Shown here piece after piece: positions 47,927-56,969 of a DNA stretch of 64,000 bases. Both the position numbers and the translations under genes were made by a program. Numbering within the stretch: the first letter of the stretch is position 1; the number at the start of each line of letters is the position of its first letter. Source of the stretch: Kiritimatiellia bacterium. GTDB lineage: Bacteria > Verrucomicrobiota > Kiritimatiellia > RFP12 > UBA1067. The notes below the pieces were generated by a model. It saw only the letters and a list, made by a program, of their open reading frames with translations. It had not been told where the DNA came from and made no database searches. The DNA is taken from the NCBI GenBank assembly GCA_045617985.1, contig JAZLJP010000010.1:9961-73960 (forward strand). The letters run 5' to 3'.

Positions 47927-48667
47927 TCACTCGAAGTTGCGCGTGCCGACGACCTTGAAGAATCGGCCCTCCGGCTTCGCGAATTCAAACGTATCGCCCT
48001 TTGCCTTCGCATCGAGCTTCGTGCCCATCTGGCCCGGCGCCAGGCCCGCCGCCACCTGATAAGTCGCAATCGGCGACATCCCCGCCACCGTGATCGTGAT
48101 TTTCGCACCGTCGACCTTGATTCCCGTGATCGCCGGCTCCGCAACGAGCGTCTGCTCCGTTACCGTCGCACCGCCCGCAGCCGTCGCCGCGAGCCGCATC
48201 GCCGTCGCCTGCGCCGCGGCCGCCGCCGCGGGCTCCGCCACCGTCACGAGCGCGTTCACCGCCGCCGGCTTTCCATCCTTGACCACAGCCAGCTTCACGG
48301 CGCCATCTTCCGCCTTCACGCGCGTATCGAGAAGGTAGATGCCGTAGGAACCTTTGCCCTTCAGCGCATCGGCCGTCGCCGCATCCACCTGGAAGAGCGT
48401 CTGCGGGCAGGCCCCGTTCTTCGCGAGCGGCGCGAGGAGCAGAAGCCGATCGGTGGCCGCAACGGGCGTACCATCGGCGTTCAAGCCCGCGAACGCGGCA
48501 CCGGTCGCCGTCCACACGAGCGCATAGCACTCGCCGTCAAGCACGGTCGCCCCGTCCGCATACTTGTCGGGGCCAGGCGTAGAGAACGTGAGCAACGCAT
48601 CATCCATCGCCGCCGCACTTGCGAACGTCAGGCCGAGGGCCATCATTCCTGCCAGCGTCTGCTTCAT
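47927..48667 (-). CDS. Hypothetical exported protein ending RFFKVV motif
   Basis: Signal peptide; FSTPGPDKYADG..VLDGECYALVW; C-terminal RFFKVVGTR. Confidence 0.8.
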   Translation of the reverse strand: MKQTLAGMMALGLTFASAAAMDDALLTFSTPGPDKYADGATVLDGECYALVWTATGAAFAGLNADGTPVAATDRLLLLAPLAKNGACPQTLFQVDAATADALKGKGSYGIYLLDTRVKAEDGAVKLAVVKDGKPAAVNALVTVAEPAAAAAAQATAMRLAATAAGGATVTEQTLVAEPAITGIKVDGAKITITVAGMSPIATYQVAAGLAPGQMGTKLDAKAKGDTFEFAKPEGRFFKVVGTRNFE

Positions 48668-48685
48668 CGAAAACGTCTCTTTCCC

Positions 48686-50545
48686 TTAACGCGTCGAATA
48701 GACGGTCGAGAACGTCGCCTCCGTCACCGGCTCGCGGAAACGGAAGGCCAGGCGCTCAGGCGAGCGAAGGCCGGGATTCTCGATCTTCTCCGTCAGGAAG
48801 TCGAGAGGGGCGGAGGCTTTCACGTCCATCCGCAGTTTCCGGGATCCCTTTGTCTTATCGAAGAAGAAGGTCGTCGCCTCGTCGTTCTTCGTCCATGTCT
48901 GGTAGGTGATCACCGGCACTTCGAACGTCGTCGGCGCGGAGCAGACGATTTTATCCGTCACCGTGTAGGAGGCTTGGGCGCGATCGAAAACGAACGTACG
49001 AACGAGCGACTTGAGCGCCGGCACCCGCCTCGCGTAGGCCGCCGTATAGTCGATCGCGAACGTATCCTTCGTCTCCGTGAAGTCGCTCACGAGCACCTTC
49101 GCCGCCGCCGCGCGCCCGCCGTCCTGCAGATGGCCGCCGACCACCGGCACGGGGTGGCCGTAGGAGTTGAGCACCTTCGACTGGTAGCGTTTCGACGAGA
49201 ACGTGCGGCGCGTGTAGATTTCGCCGCCCGGATCGCCCGTCATCGCGTTTCCGTCCACCATGACCGTATAGGACCCCACGTCGTTGTGGTTGTGGAGCTC
49301 GGCATTGTGGCCGCCCTTCATCGCCGTACCGAAAGCGAGCGTCTGCCCTTCCTTGGTACAGCGCGCGATGAGCACCTGTGCATCCTTGAACCACGAACGC
49401 ACCGGCAAAACGTCCATCGTCGGCTTGGCCGGCGGCGGCTCCTGGCCGAACGCGCGGAGCGCGAACGTCTGCGGCGCGCCAACAAGCAACGGAAGCTTCT
49501 CGGCCGCCGTAGACGTGACATCCGGCCACACCTGGCGCCCGAGCGCAAGGTTCGTCAGGGACGGATTTCCGCCGCCATCCGCAAAGAACGGCGACGCCCG
49601 GTTCTGAATCTGGAACCCGTAGGCATACTGCATCACCGTCTTCGTCTTCGGATTCGCGAAGAAGTCGACACGCCCCTTCGTGGCCGCACGCACCGAAAGG
49701 CCCATTTCGATGTGATGGCCATAGCCGTAGTTCCAGTAGCCCATGCCTTCCGAACAATAGCCGTCGTCCGTATAGCCCGCGAGCGCAAAGGGAACGCTCC
49801 CTTCGGCGTGCGCCACGAATTCCGCACGCAACCGGCGATCTTCAACGAGCGCGAGCGCCGCGCGCACCACGCCGGCATGACACACGCTGTTCCAATTGTT
49901 CCCGCCGTGGAACCACCAATGCGCATGCAGGTTTTCCTGGCCGCGCGCATGACGGAGGTGCGGCTGGAACGTGCGCCGGTCGACTTCGGCGTAGAGTTTC
50001 GCACGCGTCGCCGCCGGCAGTTTTTCCCCGAGCCACGACGAGCAGAGCGCGAGGTTCAACGACAACGCCGAACTCGCAAGATCGACATGCGGCTGCCCCT
50101 TGAAACAGGAGAGCGTACTATCGTGGGCGGGCAAGGTCCAGCTCTTCATCGCACAAATCGCATCCACATATTCCACGATTTTCGGGATGAACCGCCCCTT
50201 CGCCTCCAAGCACTCCGCCACATAGAGCTGCGTAAAGCCCCCTGTGCGCCGGCCCAGATCGCCTTCGTAGTTCCGGCGGTTGCCGTTCTGCGAGAACTCG
50301 AGATACTTCGCATCGGGCGTATCCGGCACGGGCTCTCCCAGCCATTTCTCCGCCGTCTTGAGAATCCGCTCGCCCTCGGGCGTTGCCGCCAGGCGCTCCC
50401 AGGCCGCACGATTCGCAAGCGGCGCGCCATCGGCCATCGGCCTCTCCGGCAGCCAGCCGGCAATCTCTTCGATCCGCGACTCCGTCACCGCCCCCCAGGC
50501 GGCCCCCATCGCCGCCAATGCCAACAACAACATTTTCGTCTTCAT
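48686..50545 (-). CDS. Heparinase II/III-like lyase
   Basis: Signal peptide; NNWNSVC, DGYCSEGMGYWNYG, KGGHNAELHNHNDVGS, NSYGHPVP. Confidence 0.85.
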   Translation of the reverse strand: MKTKMLLLALAAMGAAWGAVTESRIEEIAGWLPERPMADGAPLANRAAWERLAATPEGERILKTAEKWLGEPVPDTPDAKYLEFSQNGNRRNYEGDLGRRTGGFTQLYVAECLEAKGRFIPKIVEYVDAICAMKSWTLPAHDSTLSCFKGQPHVDLASSALSLNLALCSSWLGEKLPAATRAKLYAEVDRRTFQPHLRHARGQENLHAHWWFHGGNNWNSVCHAGVVRAALALVEDRRLRAEFVAHAEGSVPFALAGYTDDGYCSEGMGYWNYGYGHHIEMGLSVRAATKGRVDFFANPKTKTVMQYAYGFQIQNRASPFFADGGGNPSLTNLALGRQVWPDVTSTAAEKLPLLVGAPQTFALRAFGQEPPPAKPTMDVLPVRSWFKDAQVLIARCTKEGQTLAFGTAMKGGHNAELHNHNDVGSYTVMVDGNAMTGDPGGEIYTRRTFSSKRYQSKVLNSYGHPVPVVGGHLQDGGRAAAAKVLVSDFTETKDTFAIDYTAAYARRVPALKSLVRTFVFDRAQASYTVTDKIVCSAPTTFEVPVITYQTWTKNDEATTFFFDKTKGSRKLRMDVKASAPLDFLTEKIENPGLRSPERLAFRFREPVTEATFSTVYSTR

Positions 50546-50571
50546 GTCAACCTTTCACTTTCTTGTTTTAA

Positions 50572-50697
50572 CTACAATGTTACACAATCACACATCTTGA
50601 TCCAATTCATCCCCTCGCCCGCCACGCAGAACGCAGGAGCAAACAAGAACACAAGTAGAAGCATGACGCTCTTCAATGTCAACATCATTGTCCTCAT
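50572..50697 (-). pseudogene. Signal-peptide-only stub downstream of cassette 3
   Basis: MRTMMLTLKSVMLLLVFLFAPAFCVAGEGMNWIKMCDCVTL* (41 aa), starting 6 nt after the preceding stop. Confidence 0.45.
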
Positions 50698-50703
50698 TTT
50701 CCA

Positions 50704-51375
50704 TCAAGGTTCAGCAGGATATTGCATTCCACGGGAAAACCAATACAATGCTTCTTCATTGGTTGGATTCCAGATCAAGGTAGAACGGGGTTCTACGCTC
50801 ACCCTTTCAGCATCTGGCAAACCGCCATTCATGATGGCGGCAGCGAAATCTATGCTATTTGTGGGTGCCAAAATTCGCAATCTTAGATTCTTGCAGATCA
50901 AAATGCCGTCCCCATACATAGAACGTCCCCTACCAGCGAGATAAAGCATATTCGTCTGCGCTCCCATCGCCACCGCCTCGATATTTCGTACGCAACTGAC
51001 AAATGGAACATTTGCCGTCGAAATCTCAACAAAAGCGCCAAGGCGCGAATCCGTACCCTCTGCATATCGAACCACATCACCATTTGCCACACACGTGTCA
51101 TTCGTCAACGACAACACGCGGAATTCTTGCCGAAAATAACTACCTTCTACCCGATACGACACACCCGCCACCACAATCGAAGTTGGAAAACTCCAAGCCG
51201 TGCAGCTCTGCCACGAACAAGATTCTGGTATACGCAATAACGACATAACGTCACGTCCTTGTTGAATAAACGATGGAGTCCGCTCAACCTGCGTGACTTG
51301 CAACATCTGCTGCATAGCCGACAATGAAAACGGCAACGCAAGAATCAAGATGAAACAACGAACGAACAGTTTCAT
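50704..51375 (-). CDS. Hypothetical exported protein, candidate immunity protein of cassette 3
   Basis: AAGGAG SD, signal peptide MKLFVRCFILILALPFSLSA, AT-richer DNA, directly downstream of the large gene. Confidence 0.75.
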   Translation of the reverse strand: MKLFVRCFILILALPFSLSAMQQMLQVTQVERTPSFIQQGRDVMSLLRIPESCSWQSCTAWSFPTSIVVAGVSYRVEGSYFRQEFRVLSLTNDTCVANGDVVRYAEGTDSRLGAFVEISTANVPFVSCVRNIEAVAMGAQTNMLYLAGRGRSMYGDGILICKNLRLRILAPTNSIDFAAAIMNGGLPDAERVSVEPRSTLIWNPTNEEALYWFSRGMQYPAEP

Positions 51376-51387
51376 TTATAGTTCTCC

Positions 51388-54369
51388 TTATTTCACTAAA
51401 AACAAATTAACGGTTGTCCGTTTTTGATTCAAATTAAAGGGCGAAAAATAACCGTGAATCTGCTCAAGCATCGTCGAGTGGTCAATAGTATCTCTTAGGT
51501 AATCTGACACATCCTGAGTTCCAAGTGATGGCCCCGTACAAGCATCGAAAACATAACCTTCACCTGAGATAACGAACATGTGGTTGCCGAAAACTGATCT
51601 CGCAATACTATCGACTGAACAAACCGGCGTTCTAGGGACTTCCAAATTCTGTATAACCGGAGAACCATTAGCATCTATGGAAACTAGTTTCATTTCGTGA
51701 CTAGCTCCTTCATAAAATGGATTATTACATAGACCGACCCCAATCAAACTCGTTATGTTTATGAATCCGAATGGTTGTACCAGCATCGGTCTTGCTCGTC
51801 CCCCGAGTAAGTTTTCAATTGCAACAAGAGCACGCGCTTGATCATAACAATTGACTTTAGATTTTCGTCTATTCATATAGCCAGTCAAATCGAACATTTT
51901 CAGATCTGGATCCCAATATTGCTGTCTTCCTTCCTTGGTTTCATAAGAAAAGCCCATATTATTGAACAAATAACATGTAGCCAAGTACAACACGCCATAT
52001 TCACTAGAAGCCCCTTGGGCAATACTAACAGAAAATTCTAAAGCATCAACGCGAGGGGTTGTCGGCATATTAATGCCATTTGCATCCCACGGCATATCTG
52101 GTTCATCAAGGATCGTATAGATTCGATGACTCCCTGACGTAGCTGCGACAAAGTCGACTTCAACTTCCCTACTCCCAACAACCACCTTCGTTACAAACCA
52201 TTCCCATTCATGATCGTATCTATTCACACACTGGGGGACTGAATGCGATGAAGAATAGGTAGAGCTTTGGGATACTCCTGAATTTATGGAAACCGTTCGA
52301 GCTGCCAGATCGCCCAAAGCACCTTGAGCATCCACTGCCGTCGCCCCGATTCGGATTCCAGAAATAATATCGGGATAAACCCTGAACTTTACATCAACTA
52401 CGGGGGTTATTCCCGCAACATAACAAACGGGATCATTAACAACGCCACCATTGGCCCACTCACCTTGAGTCACTCCGATTTCCATGTTTTCGTCAAACTT
52501 TCTGAGCAAATTCACGCCATCGGTCGTGCATGTCGTTCGGTCTCGGTTGAATCGGATTTCATCGACCACAACATCAATGACATGGAGCAGCACCTCCTTA
52601 CCTCGGGCGACGTTGCCGCCGCCGGAACTGCCGTCAAATTTGCGCGTGCATTCATGTACGTGCGAAGTCAACAGGCCCGAGGCGTTCTCGGCGATCCAGC
52701 CGTCGCCGATGACGACGTCGGCGACTCCGGGCTTTCTCGTGCTCGAATAGTCGTCGAACGTCTTCGCCGAGGGCAGCCCGTCAATCTGGGCCTCCCAGCA
52801 ATACCAGGGCGCGCGTTCGTCCTCATGCCCATCCGAATTCAGCCAGCGCATCGTCAGTCGATAGGTATTGCCCTTATGGAGAAGCTTCATGCCGCTTGTG
52901 CCCGTCCAACCCGGCTCTTCCATCGAAAGGCGCATCGTCCGCCAGTCGTAGGGGCCCCGGCCTTCGATCTTCATCTCCCAGGCGGCATAGTCGCCGGCAA
53001 TGCCGAAATCGACCGGACGACACTCGTCCAAAGACGGCGGAATGCCAAGGTCGAGGGGATCGTTGGGATCGCTGCCATTCTCCACTTCCGTTCCGTCGTC
53101 CACGCCGTCGCCGTCGGTGTCGTATCCATCGGAAACGCCGTCATGGTCTTCGTCGGCACCAGACGGATTCGTGTCGTTGAGATATTCGGCGAAGTTATTG
53201 AGGCCGTCGTCGTCGAAATCAAGCACAGCGTCGGCTGGATCGAGCGGGTCGAGGCCATGGTCGAACTCCCAGCCGTCGGGAATGCCGTCTGAATCCGTGT
53301 CCGCGCGATTCGGATCGGTGCCGTTCGCCAATTCAAAGGAGTCGAGAAGTCCATCGTCGTCACTGTCGTCAAACACGGGATCGGTGCCGAGGCCAAACAG
53401 GAATTGGAGCGACACCCCGTCTTCGATCATCCAATACTCCGACGCCCCGTAGGCGCAATGCGTGGCAGAATCGAAACCACAGCTGCTGACGAGCCCGTTC
53501 TCGCCGTTTAAGTCGTCACCGGCGTCAATGCGATACCGTACGAACGCCCGGTCTGGATTCGCCAACGGCACAGCCAACTGATAGGACAAAACACTCGCAT
53601 CCCCCCAAAATAGTACGCCATGGAGACAATCACATTCAATGAGGAGATAGCCTTGCCCGTCATGCGTCGCCTCTCCCGCCCGAATACGCGTCGGCAATAC
53701 AGAATCCGCCGCTATCTCGAAGCAGCTCCAATACGGCGCCACGACGAGAACGTCGTCGTTCCCAACTTCCGCGGCAGAGTACTTAATCAATGAATATTCT
53801 GGCAACTCTCCTCCCGCACGGCAGAAATAGACGGCACCATTGACATCCAACACCACATTCGTCACCGAAACACCCCGGATGACGAGTTCCATCGGAAGAT
53901 GCCAATTCACAAGCTCAAAGGATGAGCTGGTGAACGACGCGGTCAAATCCTCCGACGTGTCAAACGCGAGCCATGGAAGCCCCGAGACCGTCGCAATCCC
54001 CCCGACTTCCTCACCATCTTCCAATCCGTCTCCATCGCTGTCACGCCGATTGGGATTCGTTCCCAGCAGCCACTCAGCTTCGTTCGAGAGTCCATCACCG
54101 TCCGCATCGCCATGCAAGTCGGAAAACGTCGAGGCCTTGAAGAACGCATTGGAAGGCCCCTCGTCGGCGCACCCCGTCAGAGCCGTATTTCCGATCCACA
54201 CCGTCCCACTCGTTTCATCCGACGGCGGCATCCATACACCGAGCCAACTCCACGCCGGGTCTTCAAGGTTGAGCTTGCCATAGAGGCCGATCGCTCCATC
54301 CTGCAAGGGAAGGTTCGGCGTCCACGCGAGCCCGAGCGTCACGCCGTCGACTAACGTTTCAATTGACAT
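51388..54369 (-). CDS. Large protein with DxDGDG (TSP3-like) repeats and C-terminal transglutaminase/papain-like domain; probably 5'-truncated
   Basis: Multiple D[ST]DGDG..D..E...GT[DN]P repeats; C-terminal VNCYDQA...FGNHMFV...VFDACTGP; no signal peptide. Confidence 0.8.
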   Translation of the reverse strand: MSIETLVDGVTLGLAWTPNLPLQDGAIGLYGKLNLEDPAWSWLGVWMPPSDETSGTVWIGNTALTGCADEGPSNAFFKASTFSDLHGDADGDGLSNEAEWLLGTNPNRRDSDGDGLEDGEEVGGIATVSGLPWLAFDTSEDLTASFTSSSFELVNWHLPMELVIRGVSVTNVVLDVNGAVYFCRAGGELPEYSLIKYSAAEVGNDDVLVVAPYWSCFEIAADSVLPTRIRAGEATHDGQGYLLIECDCLHGVLFWGDASVLSYQLAVPLANPDRAFVRYRIDAGDDLNGENGLVSSCGFDSATHCAYGASEYWMIEDGVSLQFLFGLGTDPVFDDSDDDGLLDSFELANGTDPNRADTDSDGIPDGWEFDHGLDPLDPADAVLDFDDDGLNNFAEYLNDTNPSGADEDHDGVSDGYDTDGDGVDDGTEVENGSDPNDPLDLGIPPSLDECRPVDFGIAGDYAAWEMKIEGRGPYDWRTMRLSMEEPGWTGTSGMKLLHKGNTYRLTMRWLNSDGHEDERAPWYCWEAQIDGLPSAKTFDDYSSTRKPGVADVVIGDGWIAENASGLLTSHVHECTRKFDGSSGGGNVARGKEVLLHVIDVVVDEIRFNRDRTTCTTDGVNLLRKFDENMEIGVTQGEWANGGVVNDPVCYVAGITPVVDVKFRVYPDIISGIRIGATAVDAQGALGDLAARTVSINSGVSQSSTYSSSHSVPQCVNRYDHEWEWFVTKVVVGSREVEVDFVAATSGSHRIYTILDEPDMPWDANGINMPTTPRVDALEFSVSIAQGASSEYGVLYLATCYLFNNMGFSYETKEGRQQYWDPDLKMFDLTGYMNRRKSKVNCYDQARALVAIENLLGGRARPMLVQPFGFINITSLIGVGLCNNPFYEGASHEMKLVSIDANGSPVIQNLEVPRTPVCSVDSIARSVFGNHMFVISGEGYVFDACTGPSLGTQDVSDYLRDTIDHSTMLEQIHGYFSPFNLNQKRTTVNLFLVK

Positions 54370-54391
54370 TGCCGAACCTCTTGCCTATCCC

Positions 54392-55597
54392 TTATTTCCT
54401 CGCGAAGCGGGTGAGCGCTTCGAGGAAATAGTAGTCGCCATAGTTGAGCGGCACATCCACTTCGCTGTTGCCCGGCTTGTGGCCGACGCCGTGCATGAGG
54501 AGGAAGTTGCCGTTCGTGCCGACCTTCGCGAGGTACGCAGGCGAAGCAAGCGCCGTGAGCGCCTTCACCGCAAAGTCGTGGTACTTCTGGGCCTGCTCGC
54601 CTTCCACGAACTCCGCAAGCTCAAGGAGGGCCGAGGCCATGATCGCGCCCGCCGAGGTGTCGCGCTCTTCGCCCGGGCAGGCATAGTCCCAGTACGGCAC
54701 GCCGTCCGCCGGCATGTTCGGGTTGTCGATGGCAAAGTCGGCGCTCTTGATCGCGCGCGCCAAGTAGCGCGGATCCTTCGTTTCACGATAGAACATCGTG
54801 TAGCCGTAGATGCTCCAGGCGTGGCCGCGGCTCCACACGCCCCCCGCCTTCGGCGAGCCCTGGCCCGAGCGATGCTCGAGGATGCGGCCCGGATTCTTTA
54901 GATCGTAGTTGATCACGTGATAGGCCGAGTTGTCGGGGCGGAAATGATTCGCGTCCGTCGTGTTGGCATGGATACGCGCGATTTCGTCGAACTTCGCGGA
55001 GCCCCCGTGCTTGGACGCCCATTCGAGCAGTTCGAGGTTCATCATGTTGTCGATGATCACGAGATAGTCCTTCTCGCTCTCGAGCCTGCCCCAGCTGCGG
55101 ATGAGCTTCATCTCCGGGCGGAAGCGCTTCGTGAGCGCCTCCGCGCCGTCAAGAAGGATGCCCTTGTACTCCGGCTTCGGCGCGAGCCTCAGCGCATTCC
55201 CCACGCTCGTCATCAGCATGAAACCGATATCGTGGTTGCCCGTGTAGTGGCGCACCTGGTTCTGAATCGCGGTGAACTTCTCCGCCCCGGCCTTGAGATC
55301 CTCGGCCTTCGTATTTTCATAGAGATACCAGAGCGAGCCCGGGAAGAAGCCGCTGCACCAGTCCTGCGGACGAATCGTCACGAGCTTGCCGTTCTGCCAC
55401 CGCTTCGGGAAGACGTTCTTCGGCTGCGCTTCCATCTGCTTGAGCAAGCCGCGATATTGTTCCGCCGCCTGCGCGAAAATCTGCGGCAACCGCGCCTTGA
55501 GGGCGGCGTCGGCCGCGGTCGGCTTCGCCGCTTTGCTGCCCACACAGCCAACGCACAACGCGGCGGCAAGGGAAAGGACGATGGGTTTCAGTTTCAT
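54392..55597 (-). CDS. Glycoside hydrolase family 88 (unsaturated glucuronyl hydrolase), lipoprotein
   Basis: WCSGFFPG, HDIGF, IIDNMMNLELL, WSRGHAW, RDTSA, YGDYYFLEAL; lipobox-like CVGC. Confidence 0.94.
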   Translation of the reverse strand: MKLKPIVLSLAAALCVGCVGSKAAKPTAADAALKARLPQIFAQAAEQYRGLLKQMEAQPKNVFPKRWQNGKLVTIRPQDWCSGFFPGSLWYLYENTKAEDLKAGAEKFTAIQNQVRHYTGNHDIGFMLMTSVGNALRLAPKPEYKGILLDGAEALTKRFRPEMKLIRSWGRLESEKDYLVIIDNMMNLELLEWASKHGGSAKFDEIARIHANTTDANHFRPDNSAYHVINYDLKNPGRILEHRSGQGSPKAGGVWSRGHAWSIYGYTMFYRETKDPRYLARAIKSADFAIDNPNMPADGVPYWDYACPGEERDTSAGAIMASALLELAEFVEGEQAQKYHDFAVKALTALASPAYLAKVGTNGNFLLMHGVGHKPGNSEVDVPLNYGDYYFLEALTRFARK

Positions 55598-56967
55598 TTT
55601 GAGGGGTCTCCTTTGACTTCGTCAGTTTTCTTTTGAAGCTCTGCCGGCGGGTCCTTCGTTTCGGACTGCCAATGGATGAAATTGAAGAACACGGAATAGC
55701 GCGTGCGGCCGTCGGGGCGGTCCTCGCTCTCCCAAAGCGACCAATACGGCGCCCAGTTGCGCTCGATGCCTTCCACATGCCGAATCGGCATCAATTCAAG
55801 CGTGCGATGGCGCGTACGCCCATCCACCGTCTCCGAACTCCAGAACGGCCAGATGCGGAAATAGCTGTCGTTCGGCTCGGCGCGGCTGCGGTACCACCGG
55901 CGCTCCCAGGTGAAGAACGGGAAGAAATTGAACCGCTTCTCGAGCGTACGCTTCGTTTCAAGCTGCGTCTTCTCGATGAGCTGCCACCCCACGCGCCATG
56001 TGCGCTCTTCAACGGGACGCGCCGATCCAAACGCGCGAGCTTCGATCTGTTCCCAGAACGGGAACACGGAGAGCCGGTCGCGCGAAGGCGATTTCAGATT
56101 TTCGAAGATCGGCCAGAAGAGCCGCCACCGATCCGTCGCCGCCGCGCCTGTACGCGAATGATCCGCCGTCGTGTGGGAGAAGCCGATGAACGGCAGGATC
56201 GTCTGCGACTCGCGCGCGCGCCGCACCTGGCCGTAGAACGGCAGGAACCACCACGAGCTCCCCGCGCCCGAGGTGTCGCGGTCTTCGTCATAGCGCGCCC
56301 ACGTGATGAGCGGCCAGAGCGCGTAGTGGTGCAAGCTCTCGCGCTGGCGCCCATAACCATAGATCGGCCACACGCCCACGCCCTCGCGCGGCGCCTCGCG
56401 CCAGGTGACGAACGGCCAAAGAACCGCCCGGCTTCGCACGCCCTTCACCGTATACGTGTGCCAGATCGGCCAGAGGGCGAACGTCCAATCGTCCATGAGA
56501 AGGAAATGCGGATGATGCCCGTAGAAAGGGAAGAACCCCCAATAGCCCTCATCCTTCCGGTCCGCACCGGAGAACCACAGGGGGAAAATGTCGAAGCTCC
56601 ACGTTGGATCCGTCGCGCGCGAATCGCCATACGCGATGAGCGCGCGCCACCAGGCGGCATCCTTGTGGTCATGCAAGGTGACGAGCGGCCAGAGGGCGTC
56701 GTACACCGCCGTGCGGGACTTTGGGTCGCGCACTTGCGAATAGAACGGGCGCACCGCCCAGAAGGCGGCGCTGCCCGGTTCAACGCGGCGGTATTCGAAG
56801 AACGGCCCCAAGTGCCAATTCGAAACGAGCTTCGCGCCGCCGCGCCGCACTCGTTCCGCCTCGCCGTCGGCGGCAAGGAGCCCCTGTGCGAAACACATCG
56901 CCAAGAGGCCGCCCAGCACCAGCCGCACGCCGAGGCGTACGGCCGGCATTTGAATCTTCACCGTCAT
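55594..56967 (-). CDS. Exported Trp/Phe/Pro-rich repeat protein of unknown function
   Basis: Signal peptide; about 14 repeats of hydrophobic-[WF]-P-[FIL]-[WYF]. Confidence 0.8.
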   Translation of the reverse strand: MTVKIQMPAVRLGVRLVLGGLLAMCFAQGLLAADGEAERVRRGGAKLVSNWHLGPFFEYRRVEPGSAAFWAVRPFYSQVRDPKSRTAVYDALWPLVTLHDHKDAAWWRALIAYGDSRATDPTWSFDIFPLWFSGADRKDEGYWGFFPFYGHHPHFLLMDDWTFALWPIWHTYTVKGVRSRAVLWPFVTWREAPREGVGVWPIYGYGRQRESLHHYALWPLITWARYDEDRDTSGAGSSWWFLPFYGQVRRARESQTILPFIGFSHTTADHSRTGAAATDRWRLFWPIFENLKSPSRDRLSVFPFWEQIEARAFGSARPVEERTWRVGWQLIEKTQLETKRTLEKRFNFFPFFTWERRWYRSRAEPNDSYFRIWPFWSSETVDGRTRHRTLELMPIRHVEGIERNWAPYWSLWESEDRPDGRTRYSVFFNFIHWQSETKDPPAELQKKTDEVKGDPSK

Positions 56968-56969
56968 CT

